Positions 38,030-48,408 of a DNA stretch of 64,000 nucleotides are shown in pieces. Each line of letters begins with the position of its first letter. Position 1 is the first letter of the stretch. Position numbers and translations under genes: made by a program. The notes beneath the pieces are model-generated. The model had not been told where the DNA came from. It saw only the letters and a list, made by a program, of their open reading frames with translations, and did no database searches. This DNA is from Candidatus Poribacteria bacterium. GTDB taxonomy: Bacteria > Poribacteria > WGA-4E > WGA-3G. The stretch spans positions 2,720,001-2,784,000 of the forward strand of contig OZ219753.1 of assembly GCA_964291315.2 (NCBI GenBank), given 5' to 3'.

Positions 38030-39988
38030 ATGATAACATACGAACAATGGAATAAAGCAATAATATCTTACTTTTTTGAAGAGAACGAATCAGGTCAAAT
38101 TGTTTTCTTGCAAACCAATGCTGAAGTTCTTTCTGAAATTGCAGAACTTTTCGATTTCGACATAGCAGATGCCGTCGCGAGTTTTAAAGAATCTGTCAGA
38201 AACAAGGTGGTTGCTTCGAAGACAGTCAACCTCTGGACAGTCAACCCTAATTCTATATTGTCGGAAGACCACTCCGAAAAATATCCACCCCAAGTTGCTT
38301 TTCTTGCTCTCACAGTACTTGCAGCGAGTCTGATGGACGCTGAAGGTTCTGTTGGCTCTCATAATTATTACATTCGTCTCAATGAGTTATTGTTTGAGCA
38401 GTCGGTTAAAGGTGCACCCAAAGGTTTTGATCACGCCCAATTTGAAAATTTCTGGAAGCATCTCCGAAGATGGGCAACTGATCGGCAGGATGTTGAACTC
38501 TATCTAACCCCAGGTTCATCAAGCAGTAGGTACGTCTGGTATCCAAAGTCACAATGCTTGATTAGTAAGCGTGATCGAAGGGCCATTTATCGGTTCTTTC
38601 GCGAGTACGACTTAAATCCCTTTTCAAAAATGTCAGATAACCAACTTGAAAGAAATCTTCGTGCTTGGTTACGAAGACCTGCCGGATCTACCAAGATTGA
38701 ACGTTATTTCTCCAATAGATCGTATAAAAGGTCAATTATCAGTCAGGTTAAATCGATTCTGGAACATTGGGATAATGAAATTCCACCTGACCCGCCTCGC
38801 GATGAAAAACAGACTAGTGCCTCAATCCATGTTGAAATTCGATTCGATCCACCTGACAATAATGCCGAAATTCGCTACTGGTTCCCAAGACGCGGTAGAG
38901 ATGAAACACTTTGCAAAACTAATCTCCTAGAGTTTCAATATCTACAACCGTCACCCTTAGAAAAATGGTTTCGACCAATTATTGATAGCAGCGGTACGTT
39001 TTGGTCCCTACGAGATACTCTGCAATTGCAAACGGATGAGGCCAACTCAATAATTTATACACTAAGTTATTCCGATATCTGGATTTTCAGGAAAGACCCT
39101 GATCGTGACGATAGTTGGCTGTCCCAACGAAACATGCAGAGGTATGAAGATCATTTAATAATATTTCACAAGCGGCTCGTTGATCAGGTTGTAGATTGCT
39201 TAAGACAAACTTGTGAACAAGAGTTTGAAGAATGCAATACTATCCATGTTAATGGGAAAGAAAACGATTGGTTGTACCTGCAAGTTGAGCCCACCAAATT
39301 TGCCTCTTTTCCAGAGAAAGATCTCTGGAAACTTTCTGTCGTTTCGAGTAAGCGGATAGGTCTTATTGGTGGACTATCGGTCACAAACCAAAATGGCCGC
39401 AAGGCTTATGTTGATTTCTGCCTTCCCACTGTTTTCGTTCCTGATCTCGGGCTTCCTGATAAAGAAAATTTGTGGATTGGTGGACGAGCGTTTGCAGTTG
39501 ACGCAGATAGGCGTATTAAGCTAGATGGTGTACTGGATCCGGGATCTCATCTGCTTACCTATGCGGAGCAAACAAGAGAATTACATGTTATTTCTCCGGA
39601 ATGTTCATTGGCACATCACGAACGCACTTTAATTGCCTTTATATCCGAAAACCGGACAACAATGCCTACGTATGCTGTAAAAGAGATTTCAGAAATTTCG
39701 GAGGGATCAAATACCTGGTTTACAGGTGCAAAACTTATAGGAGATATTCCCCCCCTACCTCCAGTTAATGAAGAATTCTTTAGAATTCCTGCACATATTA
39801 TATCGTCTGTTGTGAAAATAGCGATTGATCTTAAACAGAACAAGAATTCAACCCCAGAATGGTTTGATGAGCTAATTGAATATTTGGACCAGAACGTTAT
39901 CCTCCGAGCATTTGTTGAAAAAAAGTTAAATATCTACAACGAGACAGCCTTGTCTTATGCGGAACTCCGGAAACAAATAGGTAGATAG
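38030..39988 (+). CDS. Uncharacterised protein, gene 1 of putative Druantia-like defence operon
   Basis: 652-aa AT-richer ORF, tightly coupled to downstream genes. Confidence 0.7.
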   Translation: MITYEQWNKAIISYFFEENESGQIVFLQTNAEVLSEIAELFDFDIADAVASFKESVRNKVVASKTVNLWTVNPNSILSEDHSEKYPPQVAFLALTVLAASLMDAEGSVGSHNYYIRLNELLFEQSVKGAPKGFDHAQFENFWKHLRRWATDRQDVELYLTPGSSSSRYVWYPKSQCLISKRDRRAIYRFFREYDLNPFSKMSDNQLERNLRAWLRRPAGSTKIERYFSNRSYKRSIISQVKSILEHWDNEIPPDPPRDEKQTSASIHVEIRFDPPDNNAEIRYWFPRRGRDETLCKTNLLEFQYLQPSPLEKWFRPIIDSSGTFWSLRDTLQLQTDEANSIIYTLSYSDIWIFRKDPDRDDSWLSQRNMQRYEDHLIIFHKRLVDQVVDCLRQTCEQEFEECNTIHVNGKENDWLYLQVEPTKFASFPEKDLWKLSVVSSKRIGLIGGLSVTNQNGRKAYVDFCLPTVFVPDLGLPDKENLWIGGRAFAVDADRRIKLDGVLDPGSHLLTYAEQTRELHVISPECSLAHHERTLIAFISENRTTMPTYAVKEISEISEGSNTWFTGAKLIGDIPPLPPVNEEFFRIPAHIISSVVKIAIDLKQNKNSTPEWFDELIEYLDQNVILRAFVEKKLNIYNETALSYAELRKQIGR

Positions 39989-39990
39989 AT

Positions 39991-42036
39991 ATGCAAGGAA
40001 AACCATATCCAGAAGCAAAGCGAAGAATTTTAGTAAATCTCAGTATAGCAAATTTCATCACTTTTTTAGAAGAAGTGACAGATTCTCAAGGAAAACTATT
40101 TATTTCACATCAATTACTCCCAAAAAATGTGAAAGGATTTCGCAAGGGGCGGGCCCCATTCAAACAAACAGTTCCAAAGTTGATTGCAAAATTAAAAAAA
40201 GAACAAGAACTCACAAATAGGGATTCCCCAATTTGGGATTCGTTCGAGAAAGTCTGGATGTTCTGGATTAAATCTTATCCTGAATTAGATAAAACCCTAA
40301 GAGTATTTGACAATAAAAAAGACTTTGATGATGACTACAACTGTATCATACCACCGAATAGCGACTTAGATATTGAGTGCTTTAAATTTTTGTTAAAAGC
40401 TAGTCACAATGCTCCGATTCATCAGGAGATGGTTACTTGCTTTTACGAATATGGTTACTTCAATGAAGATGAACGGATTCAAAATTTAATCAACCAAATA
40501 CCCTCTCGTGAGGAAATTCAACGGAGAGAACAATTAGCAGAGCTGCCATGTAAAGTTGATGAATTGTCCCAGACTATTGATGTTTTTTTTCAAAATATTG
40601 AAAATCTTAAGTCGCGAATTTCCGCCATGGAATCTGCCAATGAACTAGGAACAAAGCTCACTGAACAAATAGCAATAGTGCGTCAGTACTTTGATACTGA
40701 ACTGCAACAACTTGAACAAACAATGATAAACAAACATAGCCAATTTGACAATCGGATTTCTAGTATAGAGTCGAATTCTAAGCAGTCGGTTGGCTTGATA
40801 AGAAGAGGAATCAGTTCACTTAAGGCAGAGCTTTTCGACCTTAGCCAATCGGTTAATTCATTAGCAAATGAACTTACTGAGATAAAATCTGTCAATAGAG
40901 AGGAAATTGATAGATTGATAAATCAGCAAGTGCAAGGTAGAATCAAACAACTAAACTCACAAATGCCACGGGGGATCGAATCTTTTGAAATGAGACTCGC
41001 GGCAGCAGAGAACGCTATTTCTGAAATTAAATCAGAAATGACTGATGGACCCAAAATGTCTATTCAAGCTCTAAAAATTGGAAAAAGGCACAAAACCACA
41101 TTAAAGAAAAAAGCAGAACGTTACTGTGATGAAAATGAGTATCTGGACGATTTCTGCCATTGTCTACAAAGATTTGGCATAATTGATTACGCAGATAAAG
41201 AAATAGCTCCTGCTATTCATATCGCGCTGAAAACGTTTCCTGCAATTGAGATTATTGATGATGCACGAATTATTAAGGTTTGGAGGTTAATGTGCGATCA
41301 CCACTTTCAACTTACAACCATCAATGTAGAAATGGGATGGCTTGGATTACAAGATTGGTTTCCTACTCTTTTTGCCCAACAGTGTTTCGGAGAAAGACTA
41401 GAGCCTGTTGAGCTTGAGGCTTCCATTAAGAAAATGATTGAACTTGGAGATATGCCGTGGGTGATATATTTCCGCTATTGCGATAGGTCATTTCCAGATA
41501 TTTATCTGTCAGGTTTTCTGGACTGGATTGGCGGTTCTTGCCACAAAGGCATTAAAACGTTCCTAATACGTTGTTCCGGAACTAATCGTTGCAAGACGAA
41601 CGAAAATTTTTATGAGCGAATAGCGCGTTTGCCCAAACCCAAGGATCATGCTCCTATTGAGTCAATGAACTTAAAACCTTCTAGGATTCCTCTTACATTA
41701 TCTAAATGGCACTCTTGGTGTCAATCGAATCCTAATATCGCCCCCCAATACAGAGAACCCGATGACCTTCTTGAAAAAATGAGATCGGTCGTTGGAAAAA
41801 GGGGGTGGGAAATTCCAAGAGTGCTTCTTAGAGAAACCCAACATTACCTTCGACTTTCACACAATATTATGGCTCCAAAGCGCGCGCTTGATTGGGCATT
41901 GACCTTACGATTTTTGCCATGGATTGGAAACCGACACCGGTTGATTGAAACAGTACAAGACCTCCTTAATAACGGTAATCAAGAATTACCTCATTTTCAA
42001 GAAGGTCTACAAATAGCACGAGAGGCAGGCGAATGA
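39991..42036 (+). CDS. Coiled-coil protein with degenerate McrB-like AAA+ C-terminal domain
   Basis: Long central heptad region; INVEMGW, RSFPDIYLSGFL, ALDWALTLRFLPWI resemble McrB-like motifs; no Walker A/B. Confidence 0.6.
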   Translation: MQGKPYPEAKRRILVNLSIANFITFLEEVTDSQGKLFISHQLLPKNVKGFRKGRAPFKQTVPKLIAKLKKEQELTNRDSPIWDSFEKVWMFWIKSYPELDKTLRVFDNKKDFDDDYNCIIPPNSDLDIECFKFLLKASHNAPIHQEMVTCFYEYGYFNEDERIQNLINQIPSREEIQRREQLAELPCKVDELSQTIDVFFQNIENLKSRISAMESANELGTKLTEQIAIVRQYFDTELQQLEQTMINKHSQFDNRISSIESNSKQSVGLIRRGISSLKAELFDLSQSVNSLANELTEIKSVNREEIDRLINQQVQGRIKQLNSQMPRGIESFEMRLAAAENAISEIKSEMTDGPKMSIQALKIGKRHKTTLKKKAERYCDENEYLDDFCHCLQRFGIIDYADKEIAPAIHIALKTFPAIEIIDDARIIKVWRLMCDHHFQLTTINVEMGWLGLQDWFPTLFAQQCFGERLEPVELEASIKKMIELGDMPWVIYFRYCDRSFPDIYLSGFLDWIGGSCHKGIKTFLIRCSGTNRCKTNENFYERIARLPKPKDHAPIESMNLKPSRIPLTLSKWHSWCQSNPNIAPQYREPDDLLEKMRSVVGKRGWEIPRVLLRETQHYLRLSHNIMAPKRALDWALTLRFLPWIGNRHRLIETVQDLLNNGNQELPHFQEGLQIAREAGE

Positions 42037-42908
42037 ATCGCGTGGAAACGAACGTCTTTGATGGACTGCTTTATTACTTATCGCACACAGGAAAGTTAAG
42101 TTGGGGAAACTTCAAGGAAGCAATTAGGTGCCTGACGAGGGATAATCCAAGCTTTAAACAATCCACCTACCTCATATCTCTTGCCCGCCTGGGGCATCTT
42201 GATTTTGACCCGATGCTTTTATCCTATGTCAATATTGCTCCGGCTGTTCTTGTGGAAACAGCAATGGAAAATCAATATGTCCTTGTAGGTAGTCGAGTAC
42301 CCAGTTTTCTTGCAGACGTTAAGGAATGTGTTTCCAGAAATAGTGGAAAATTCCTATTAATCCCAGAAAAATATGCTCCGACGACTGTTGTCTTAAGTGA
42401 ATTGACAGAAAAAGCGTTGGCATCCCTCGAAAATTTGGGTATTCATATTAGTTTTGAATTTTCGGAAAAACTGTCACGCATATTGCCTCGGCCAAAACTC
42501 ATGGATCTTCAAAGTAAACCACCTTCTGTTCCCAGCCTGATAAAAAAGTTTAATCTTACTACATTGGACTATGAACCAATAAATGATGGGGAGCACATAA
42601 ATGGACTCTATCAAGTTCCACAACATGGACCTGATGTTTACATTTTAAGATTTGGGAATCATGAGCGAAGAGTACCACGTGATTGGGCAGAATGGAATGT
42701 ACTTGCTGGAACTTCTGGATTAATCTCTTACGAAGAAAAATCTCAAATATGGCGTATCACGAACAAATTGCGTGTACCAATAATTGTAGATCGGTGTGCG
42801 ACACTTTGCTCAGGGCATCCACCAAAGGTAAGGGATAATTTCGTCTGTTATTCCAATGTGCCAGTTGACGTAGCAAAACGATTAACAAAATCGCTCTATC
42901 AAAATTAG
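42033..42908 (+). CDS. Uncharacterised protein, gene 3 of putative Druantia-like operon
   Basis: 291 aa; ATGA overlap with previous gene; LARLGHLDF...IAPAVLV...LVGSR. Confidence 0.7.
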   Translation: MNRVETNVFDGLLYYLSHTGKLSWGNFKEAIRCLTRDNPSFKQSTYLISLARLGHLDFDPMLLSYVNIAPAVLVETAMENQYVLVGSRVPSFLADVKECVSRNSGKFLLIPEKYAPTTVVLSELTEKALASLENLGIHISFEFSEKLSRILPRPKLMDLQSKPPSVPSLIKKFNLTTLDYEPINDGEHINGLYQVPQHGPDVYILRFGNHERRVPRDWAEWNVLAGTSGLISYEEKSQIWRITNKLRVPIIVDRCATLCSGHPPKVRDNFVCYSNVPVDVAKRLTKSLYQN

Positions 42909-42919
42909 GAGACTGTTAT

Positions 42920-45900
42920 ATGTCAGATCCTTTTGAGACTTACAAACGGCTCCGTGAGGGGTACATCCGCTATATCGAGACGGCTATGAGCTTCAACAGT
43001 GAAGAGCTAGAAGAAGAACGTAGAAAGTTACTGAAGAAAAACGGATTGCTTTTTCAAGAACCTCGCTTTGAACCAATTTTCCCTTATCCTTCCTCAGGCA
43101 AAACATTGTCTCAGTTATGCACGGATTTAAAACTACCCGCAGAACTTGGAGAATTTCTTGCAGTAGGAGGTAAAGACGGGCTTGCTCCAATAGACCGCAC
43201 ACTCTATGAACATCAGGCAGAAGCAATCAAAACATCAGTTGTTGATGGTGAGGATGTCGTTGTTACAACTGGCACCGGTTCTGGAAAAACAGAATGTTTT
43301 TTGTTGCCAATCTTCAGCTATCTTATCAAGGAGTCCCGAAACTGGGACGTTTACGGAGAAAGAAAATCACGTCTCTGGTGGCAAAAAACCCAGTCAAAGC
43401 GTATTCCACAGCGGGAGGGCGAAAACCGCCCCGCCGCTATCCGTGCGTTAATTTTGTATCCGCTCAATGCACTTGTAGAAGATCAACTTATGCGACTCCG
43501 GCGTGCTTGTGATAGTCCAGAGGGACATCAATGGCTTAGAAACAACAGAGGCGATAACCGGTTCTACTTCGGGCGGTATACCGGTTTGACACCTGTAACA
43601 GGAGAAGAAAAAAGTGAAAACGCCCGAAAACTCCGGTACCGACTTGAGAAACTACAGAAGCAAGCTGAAAAAGCTAAAGAAACCAAGGAAACACGCTATT
43701 TCTTCCCATCCGCTGATCCTGACGCGTCTGAGATGTGGTCGCGTTGGGATATGCAAGATCATCCACCTGACATTTTAATCACAAACTATTCAATGTTGAA
43801 CATCATGCTCACCCGTGATTTGGAGCAATCAATCTTTGAAAAGACTAGGGAATGGCTAGAAGAACCAGAGAGTGTTTTCCATCTGGTTATTGATGAACTT
43901 CATTCCTACCGCGGCACAGCGGGTTCGGAAGTGGCTTATCTGCTTCGAACCCTATTTAACCGGCTCAACCTTGACCCTAATTCACCTAAATTACGTATCA
44001 TTGCGTCAAGTGCATCCCTTGAAGACGGTGAAGGTCGCAAATACCTTCATCAATTTTTCGCACGACAGAAAGATTTTAAAATCATTGCTTCGCCTCCACA
44101 CCCTGATAAAAATGATGAACTTGAGGAGTGCCTCAAACACGCAAAAGACTTTGAAACATTTAATTCAAATGGCGAGTCCGCTCATTTTGAAGATCTTTCA
44201 AAAGAGTGCGTCAAATCTGCCGTAGCACAACTTTGTAACCGTAACGGTAGGTTGCACGCCTCAACGATTGAAGATATGCATGAGGCTGCAAACAAAGTTG
44301 CTGCGACACCGGTTTCCAAGAGCGCTCTCCGTGGACTAATTCAGTACTTGATTCAACAGAAGGATGAAGCAAATACAGAGAAAGCTCTGTTGCCACTCAG
44401 AGTGCATTATTTCTTTAAAAACTTTGAGGGATTATGGGCATGTAGCAATTCAGACTGCCAATCCCGGAGTTCTAAAAGGTCGATCGGCAAACTGTTTGCT
44501 AATAGACGTGTTTTATGTGATGCGTGTGGTTCACGAGTCTTAGAATTGTTAACTTGCGAAACGTGTGGAGACATTTTCCTCGGAGGATACAAACACAAAA
44601 TATCGGAAGGTGAACAAGGTTGGTACCTCAGTAGTGATTATCAAGATTTATTGGGCCTGCCTGAAAAAGGGGTTAGAGATCGGAACTATGATACTTATGC
44701 CATTTTTTGGAAGAACACACAAGACCCAGCTAAAAAGAAAGCTTGGACAAAAAATGGTATTAAAAGACAGTGGGCTTCTGCTGAACTTTCACATTCGGAT
44801 GGAAGGCTGATTCCGGATACCTCGTCTAAGTCCAATGGTTATTACTACAAAATTAATGATTCAGAGGATTGGTGCTCGGAAATTCCTAAGTTTTGTCCCA
44901 ACTGTGGTGATCTACGAGATTACAAATCGGAAAAAAATCTTATCAACGGAAAAGAACAGGCACCTTCCATAATCCGAACTAGTAGGACTGGTTTGCAAAA
45001 AATAATCCAAATTTTCACCCAAACCTTGCAAACGACTGTCAAAGAGCAATCAGATCGAAAGACAATTATCTTTTCTGATAGTCGGCAGGACGCTGCAAAA
45101 TATGCAGTGGGTATTCAATGGTCTCACTATCAGGATATGATCCGACTCATTGCTATCGAAGCAATGAAAGAACAAGTAAAAGATGATGACTTGGAATTCC
45201 TCCAAATGTTCGAAGCTGGTAAAGACGATTTCCGCACTGCCCGAGAGGTAGCCCGCAATCTACGAGAGGTAATCCGTAATCTAGTTGAGAAATATTCTGA
45301 TCATAAGGAATTATTTTATTCTATTGAGGACGCTTTCGATGATGGAAAGCCTTTAACGCTTGAGCAAAAAGAGGGGCTTTCTGAACTGGGAGGCAACTAT
45401 CCGTTCACGGTTCTTCAGGATGCTTGCTTTGATGCTTTTATCAATCTCGGTATGAATCCTGGAGGCTACGGTAAAGATGTGGAAATTTCTTGGGAAAAGG
45501 GTCGGCGAAATACACTGATTCAGCATAAATGGGAAGAAATATTCAAATGGGATGAAGATCCTATATCAGCACGCCAGCTACGTCTGCTTGAAGAGCATCA
45601 ACGACAGCTTTTGATGAATATCCAAGCGGAATTAAAAAGAATGATAACGGAACAGCTTCTGTTTGCACAAAGAGATATGGGATTAGAAGGGCTTGGACTC
45701 GCTTGGTGTGAACCGGAAACTAATTCGGACAAATGGCGAATTCAGGGAATTGATGTTTCTGAAATGATGTCCGCTGTTACCCGAATCCTTGCTGAACGTA
45801 GACGTACAAGGATTTACCGCCCATATACTGACGAAGAGAAAACGCCAGATTTTCTCCGAGCCTACATCCGGAAATCGGCGACACAAATTAGATACCATGC

Positions 45901-48376
45901 TGATGAACTCATTAGAGCAGTTGAGGAACAACTAGAATTATCAGAGAGTTTTGAAAACGGCTTTGTCCTTGTTGAAAAACTTAATCTTCGCCTTTCACAA
46001 GGAAACACGATCTTCCGATGTTCCAAATGCCGGCGCAAGCATCTCTACGAAGCAAGTAGGATTTGCACAAACACAGTGTGCTTGGGAAAATTGGAGGAAA
46101 TTAATAGAGACGAAGACACTTTTGAAAAATACGGTAACTATTATGCCAATCAGGCGAATTCAGGTATACAACGGTACCGTTTCCATTGTGAAGAATTGAG
46201 TGCACAAACGGATTCAGAGGAACGCCCAAACCGTCAACGGTGGTTCCAGGGGGTAATTCTAGACGATGAGAACCTGCGAACGGATGAAATAGATCTCCTT
46301 AGCGTAACAACAACGATGGAAGCAGGTGTTGATATTGGCGCTCTCTCGCTAGTTTTGTTAGGGAACGTTCCTCCACAACGTTTCAACTATCAACAGCGCG
46401 TCGGACGCGCTGGACGGCGCGGGGAACCAGTAGCATACTCTTTGACGCTCTGCAGTCTTAGAACCCATGATGATCACTACTTCTCCCATACAGGTGAAAT
46501 TACAAATACTCCAACCCCCTCACCTTATTTGGACCTCCGGAGCCGAGACATTATCAAAAGAGTACTAGCCAAGGAAGTTCTGTTCCACGCTCTCCCGAGA
46601 CACTCGATTGAAACTTCAAAGGAGAGAAACGTCCATGGTGCATTTGGAAAAGTCTCCGGTTGGGCCACTAACCGCGAGAAGCTCTCTGAATGGATCAAGA
46701 CTCAACAAGGGCAGATTCAGCAAATCGTGCGTGTGCTCACTGCGCAAACAGAACCAAATATCCAAAATGGGACAGACGCACTGACAAACTGGATTACTAA
46801 CAAACTTGAAACCGCAATTAACGAGTGCGTCGAGAATCATGAGCATGAAGATGATGATTTAAGCCAGGTCCTTGCGGAATCTGGTTTATTACCTATGTTT
46901 GGATTTCCAACAGGTGTGCGTTTATTGTATCATCAACGACCTCTTAGTTCTAATTGGCCTCCAACATCAGGGGTTGTTGACCGCGACATTGAACTAGCGA
47001 TCAGCCAATTTGCGCCGGGCTCGGAAACCATCAAGGATAAAAAAATCCATACATCAATAGGTCTTGTATCCTATAAACGAGAACAAAACCGAATCGTGAC
47101 CGATAAAGGTATAGCGCAGGAAAAAACGATAGGTTTTTGTGAAAACTGCAAAGCCGTTTTTGAGAATGCTGACAAAGATGAAAATACTTGTGAAATTTGT
47201 GGAGATAGCAAATATAAGCCAATTCGAGGGATTGAGCCAAAGGGTTTCCTATCTAATTTTGATAAACCTGCTGATGCCCATGAATCTTTCAATTGGACAC
47301 CGCGCTCAACATATTCTCGCTTACCTTCGGACGTACTTAAAAACAACCTGAAACACGAGCACAATTTCCTATGGGATACAGCAGACAAATTAAAATTGCT
47401 TTCAATTAACACCAACAGCGGCCGGTTGTTTACTCTGCAAAAAAAGCGAAATAGCCAAGCACTTGTATCTCCTGAAGTTTGCAAGGAATTGGATTTAGAA
47501 ATCGATTTCGAAGGGGAACCATCCAAAGCCGCACTTTACGCTGCTAAGACCACAGATGTTTTGCTAATCGAAGTTAACGAAATTCCAATAGGTATTCTCC
47601 AAAATCAAGGGAAAGAATATTGGCGAGCTGCCCTTTATTCTTTCGGGTTCTTGTTCCGTCAATTTGTGGCGAGTCAATTGGATATATCGCCTGACGAGCT
47701 ACGAGTTGAGCTTCGTCCTATGCAGGTAGAAGAGGGAACATATAAACAACAAATCTTCATCGCCGACGCTTTGGCCAATGGAGCCGGATATTGCCGTCAT
47801 ATAGGTGAAGCTGGTGAAAATGAAGAACCATTCCGATTAATGCAATACCTACGCAATATGGTTGATCCCAATCACAATTTCGCAAAAGGGTTCATCGAAC
47901 ATGGAAATGACTGCGATTCATCTTGCTATAACAGAGGTTGCATGCGTGACTACTTCAATATGCCTTACCATCCGTTTCTAGATTGGAGGCTGGGGCTTGA
48001 TGTGACAAAACTGTGTCTTGACAAAAACTATCAGATGGATCTTCAAAAAGACTATTGGATTTCTCTTACAGACATAATTGAAAAAAACTTCATTGAGCTT
48101 TTTCCGAATCTTAAACGTAACGATCGTAACGGAGTGCATGTTTTTGAGGATGAAGCAGAGGGGAGAGCTTTTATCTTACATCATCCTTTGGCTGCAAGCG
48201 GAGATCGTGCAGGGCCAAACATCAAATTCGCTATTGTTGATCTTGAAGAATCTGGATTCAAAGTAGAATATATTAACATTTTCGATGCCATTCGTAGGGT
48301 TAGTGTTGTAATAAATATTATGAGTCCCCGAGGTGGGTCTGGTTTTCTAGCCGCGCCTGTCACGATGTCTAAGTAA
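42920..48376 (+). CDS. Large DExH-box helicase with DUF1998/MrfA-type Zn domain (DruE-like)
   Basis: YEHQ, TGTGSGKTE, YPLNALVEDQ, TNYSMLN, DELH, TTTMEAGVDIG, QQRVGRAGR, many CxxC pairs, C-terminal DALANGAGY...CDSSCYNRGC...LDWRLG. Confidence 0.9.
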   Translation: MSDPFETYKRLREGYIRYIETAMSFNSEELEEERRKLLKKNGLLFQEPRFEPIFPYPSSGKTLSQLCTDLKLPAELGEFLAVGGKDGLAPIDRTLYEHQAEAIKTSVVDGEDVVVTTGTGSGKTECFLLPIFSYLIKESRNWDVYGERKSRLWWQKTQSKRIPQREGENRPAAIRALILYPLNALVEDQLMRLRRACDSPEGHQWLRNNRGDNRFYFGRYTGLTPVTGEEKSENARKLRYRLEKLQKQAEKAKETKETRYFFPSADPDASEMWSRWDMQDHPPDILITNYSMLNIMLTRDLEQSIFEKTREWLEEPESVFHLVIDELHSYRGTAGSEVAYLLRTLFNRLNLDPNSPKLRIIASSASLEDGEGRKYLHQFFARQKDFKIIASPPHPDKNDELEECLKHAKDFETFNSNGESAHFEDLSKECVKSAVAQLCNRNGRLHASTIEDMHEAANKVAATPVSKSALRGLIQYLIQQKDEANTEKALLPLRVHYFFKNFEGLWACSNSDCQSRSSKRSIGKLFANRRVLCDACGSRVLELLTCETCGDIFLGGYKHKISEGEQGWYLSSDYQDLLGLPEKGVRDRNYDTYAIFWKNTQDPAKKKAWTKNGIKRQWASAELSHSDGRLIPDTSSKSNGYYYKINDSEDWCSEIPKFCPNCGDLRDYKSEKNLINGKEQAPSIIRTSRTGLQKIIQIFTQTLQTTVKEQSDRKTIIFSDSRQDAAKYAVGIQWSHYQDMIRLIAIEAMKEQVKDDDLEFLQMFEAGKDDFRTAREVARNLREVIRNLVEKYSDHKELFYSIEDAFDDGKPLTLEQKEGLSELGGNYPFTVLQDACFDAFINLGMNPGGYGKDVEISWEKGRRNTLIQHKWEEIFKWDEDPISARQLRLLEEHQRQLLMNIQAELKRMITEQLLFAQRDMGLEGLGLAWCEPETNSDKWRIQGIDVSEMMSAVTRILAERRRTRIYRPYTDEEKTPDFLRAYIRKSATQIRYHADELIRAVEEQLELSESFENGFVLVEKLNLRLSQGNTIFRCSKCRRKHLYEASRICTNTVCLGKLEEINRDEDTFEKYGNYYANQANSGIQRYRFHCEELSAQTDSEERPNRQRWFQGVILDDENLRTDEIDLLSVTTTMEAGVDIGALSLVLLGNVPPQRFNYQQRVGRAGRRGEPVAYSLTLCSLRTHDDHYFSHTGEITNTPTPSPYLDLRSRDIIKRVLAKEVLFHALPRHSIETSKERNVHGAFGKVSGWATNREKLSEWIKTQQGQIQQIVRVLTAQTEPNIQNGTDALTNWITNKLETAINECVENHEHEDDDLSQVLAESGLLPMFGFPTGVRLLYHQRPLSSNWPPTSGVVDRDIELAISQFAPGSETIKDKKIHTSIGLVSYKREQNRIVTDKGIAQEKTIGFCENCKAVFENADKDENTCEICGDSKYKPIRGIEPKGFLSNFDKPADAHESFNWTPRSTYSRLPSDVLKNNLKHEHNFLWDTADKLKLLSINTNSGRLFTLQKKRNSQALVSPEVCKELDLEIDFEGEPSKAALYAAKTTDVLLIEVNEIPIGILQNQGKEYWRAALYSFGFLFRQFVASQLDISPDELRVELRPMQVEEGTYKQQIFIADALANGAGYCRHIGEAGENEEPFRLMQYLRNMVDPNHNFAKGFIEHGNDCDSSCYNRGCMRDYFNMPYHPFLDWRLGLDVTKLCLDKNYQMDLQKDYWISLTDIIEKNFIELFPNLKRNDRNGVHVFEDEAEGRAFILHHPLAASGDRAGPNIKFAIVDLEESGFKVEYINIFDAIRRVSVVINIMSPRGGSGFLAAPVTMSK

Positions 48377-48408
48377 TTTTAAAACGTATTATAAAAGGGA
48401 GATTTTCC

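Noticed and set aside
37792-48408. Prophage or integrative element boundaries around the helicase island
   Set aside because: No integrase, tRNA target or flanking direct repeats seen
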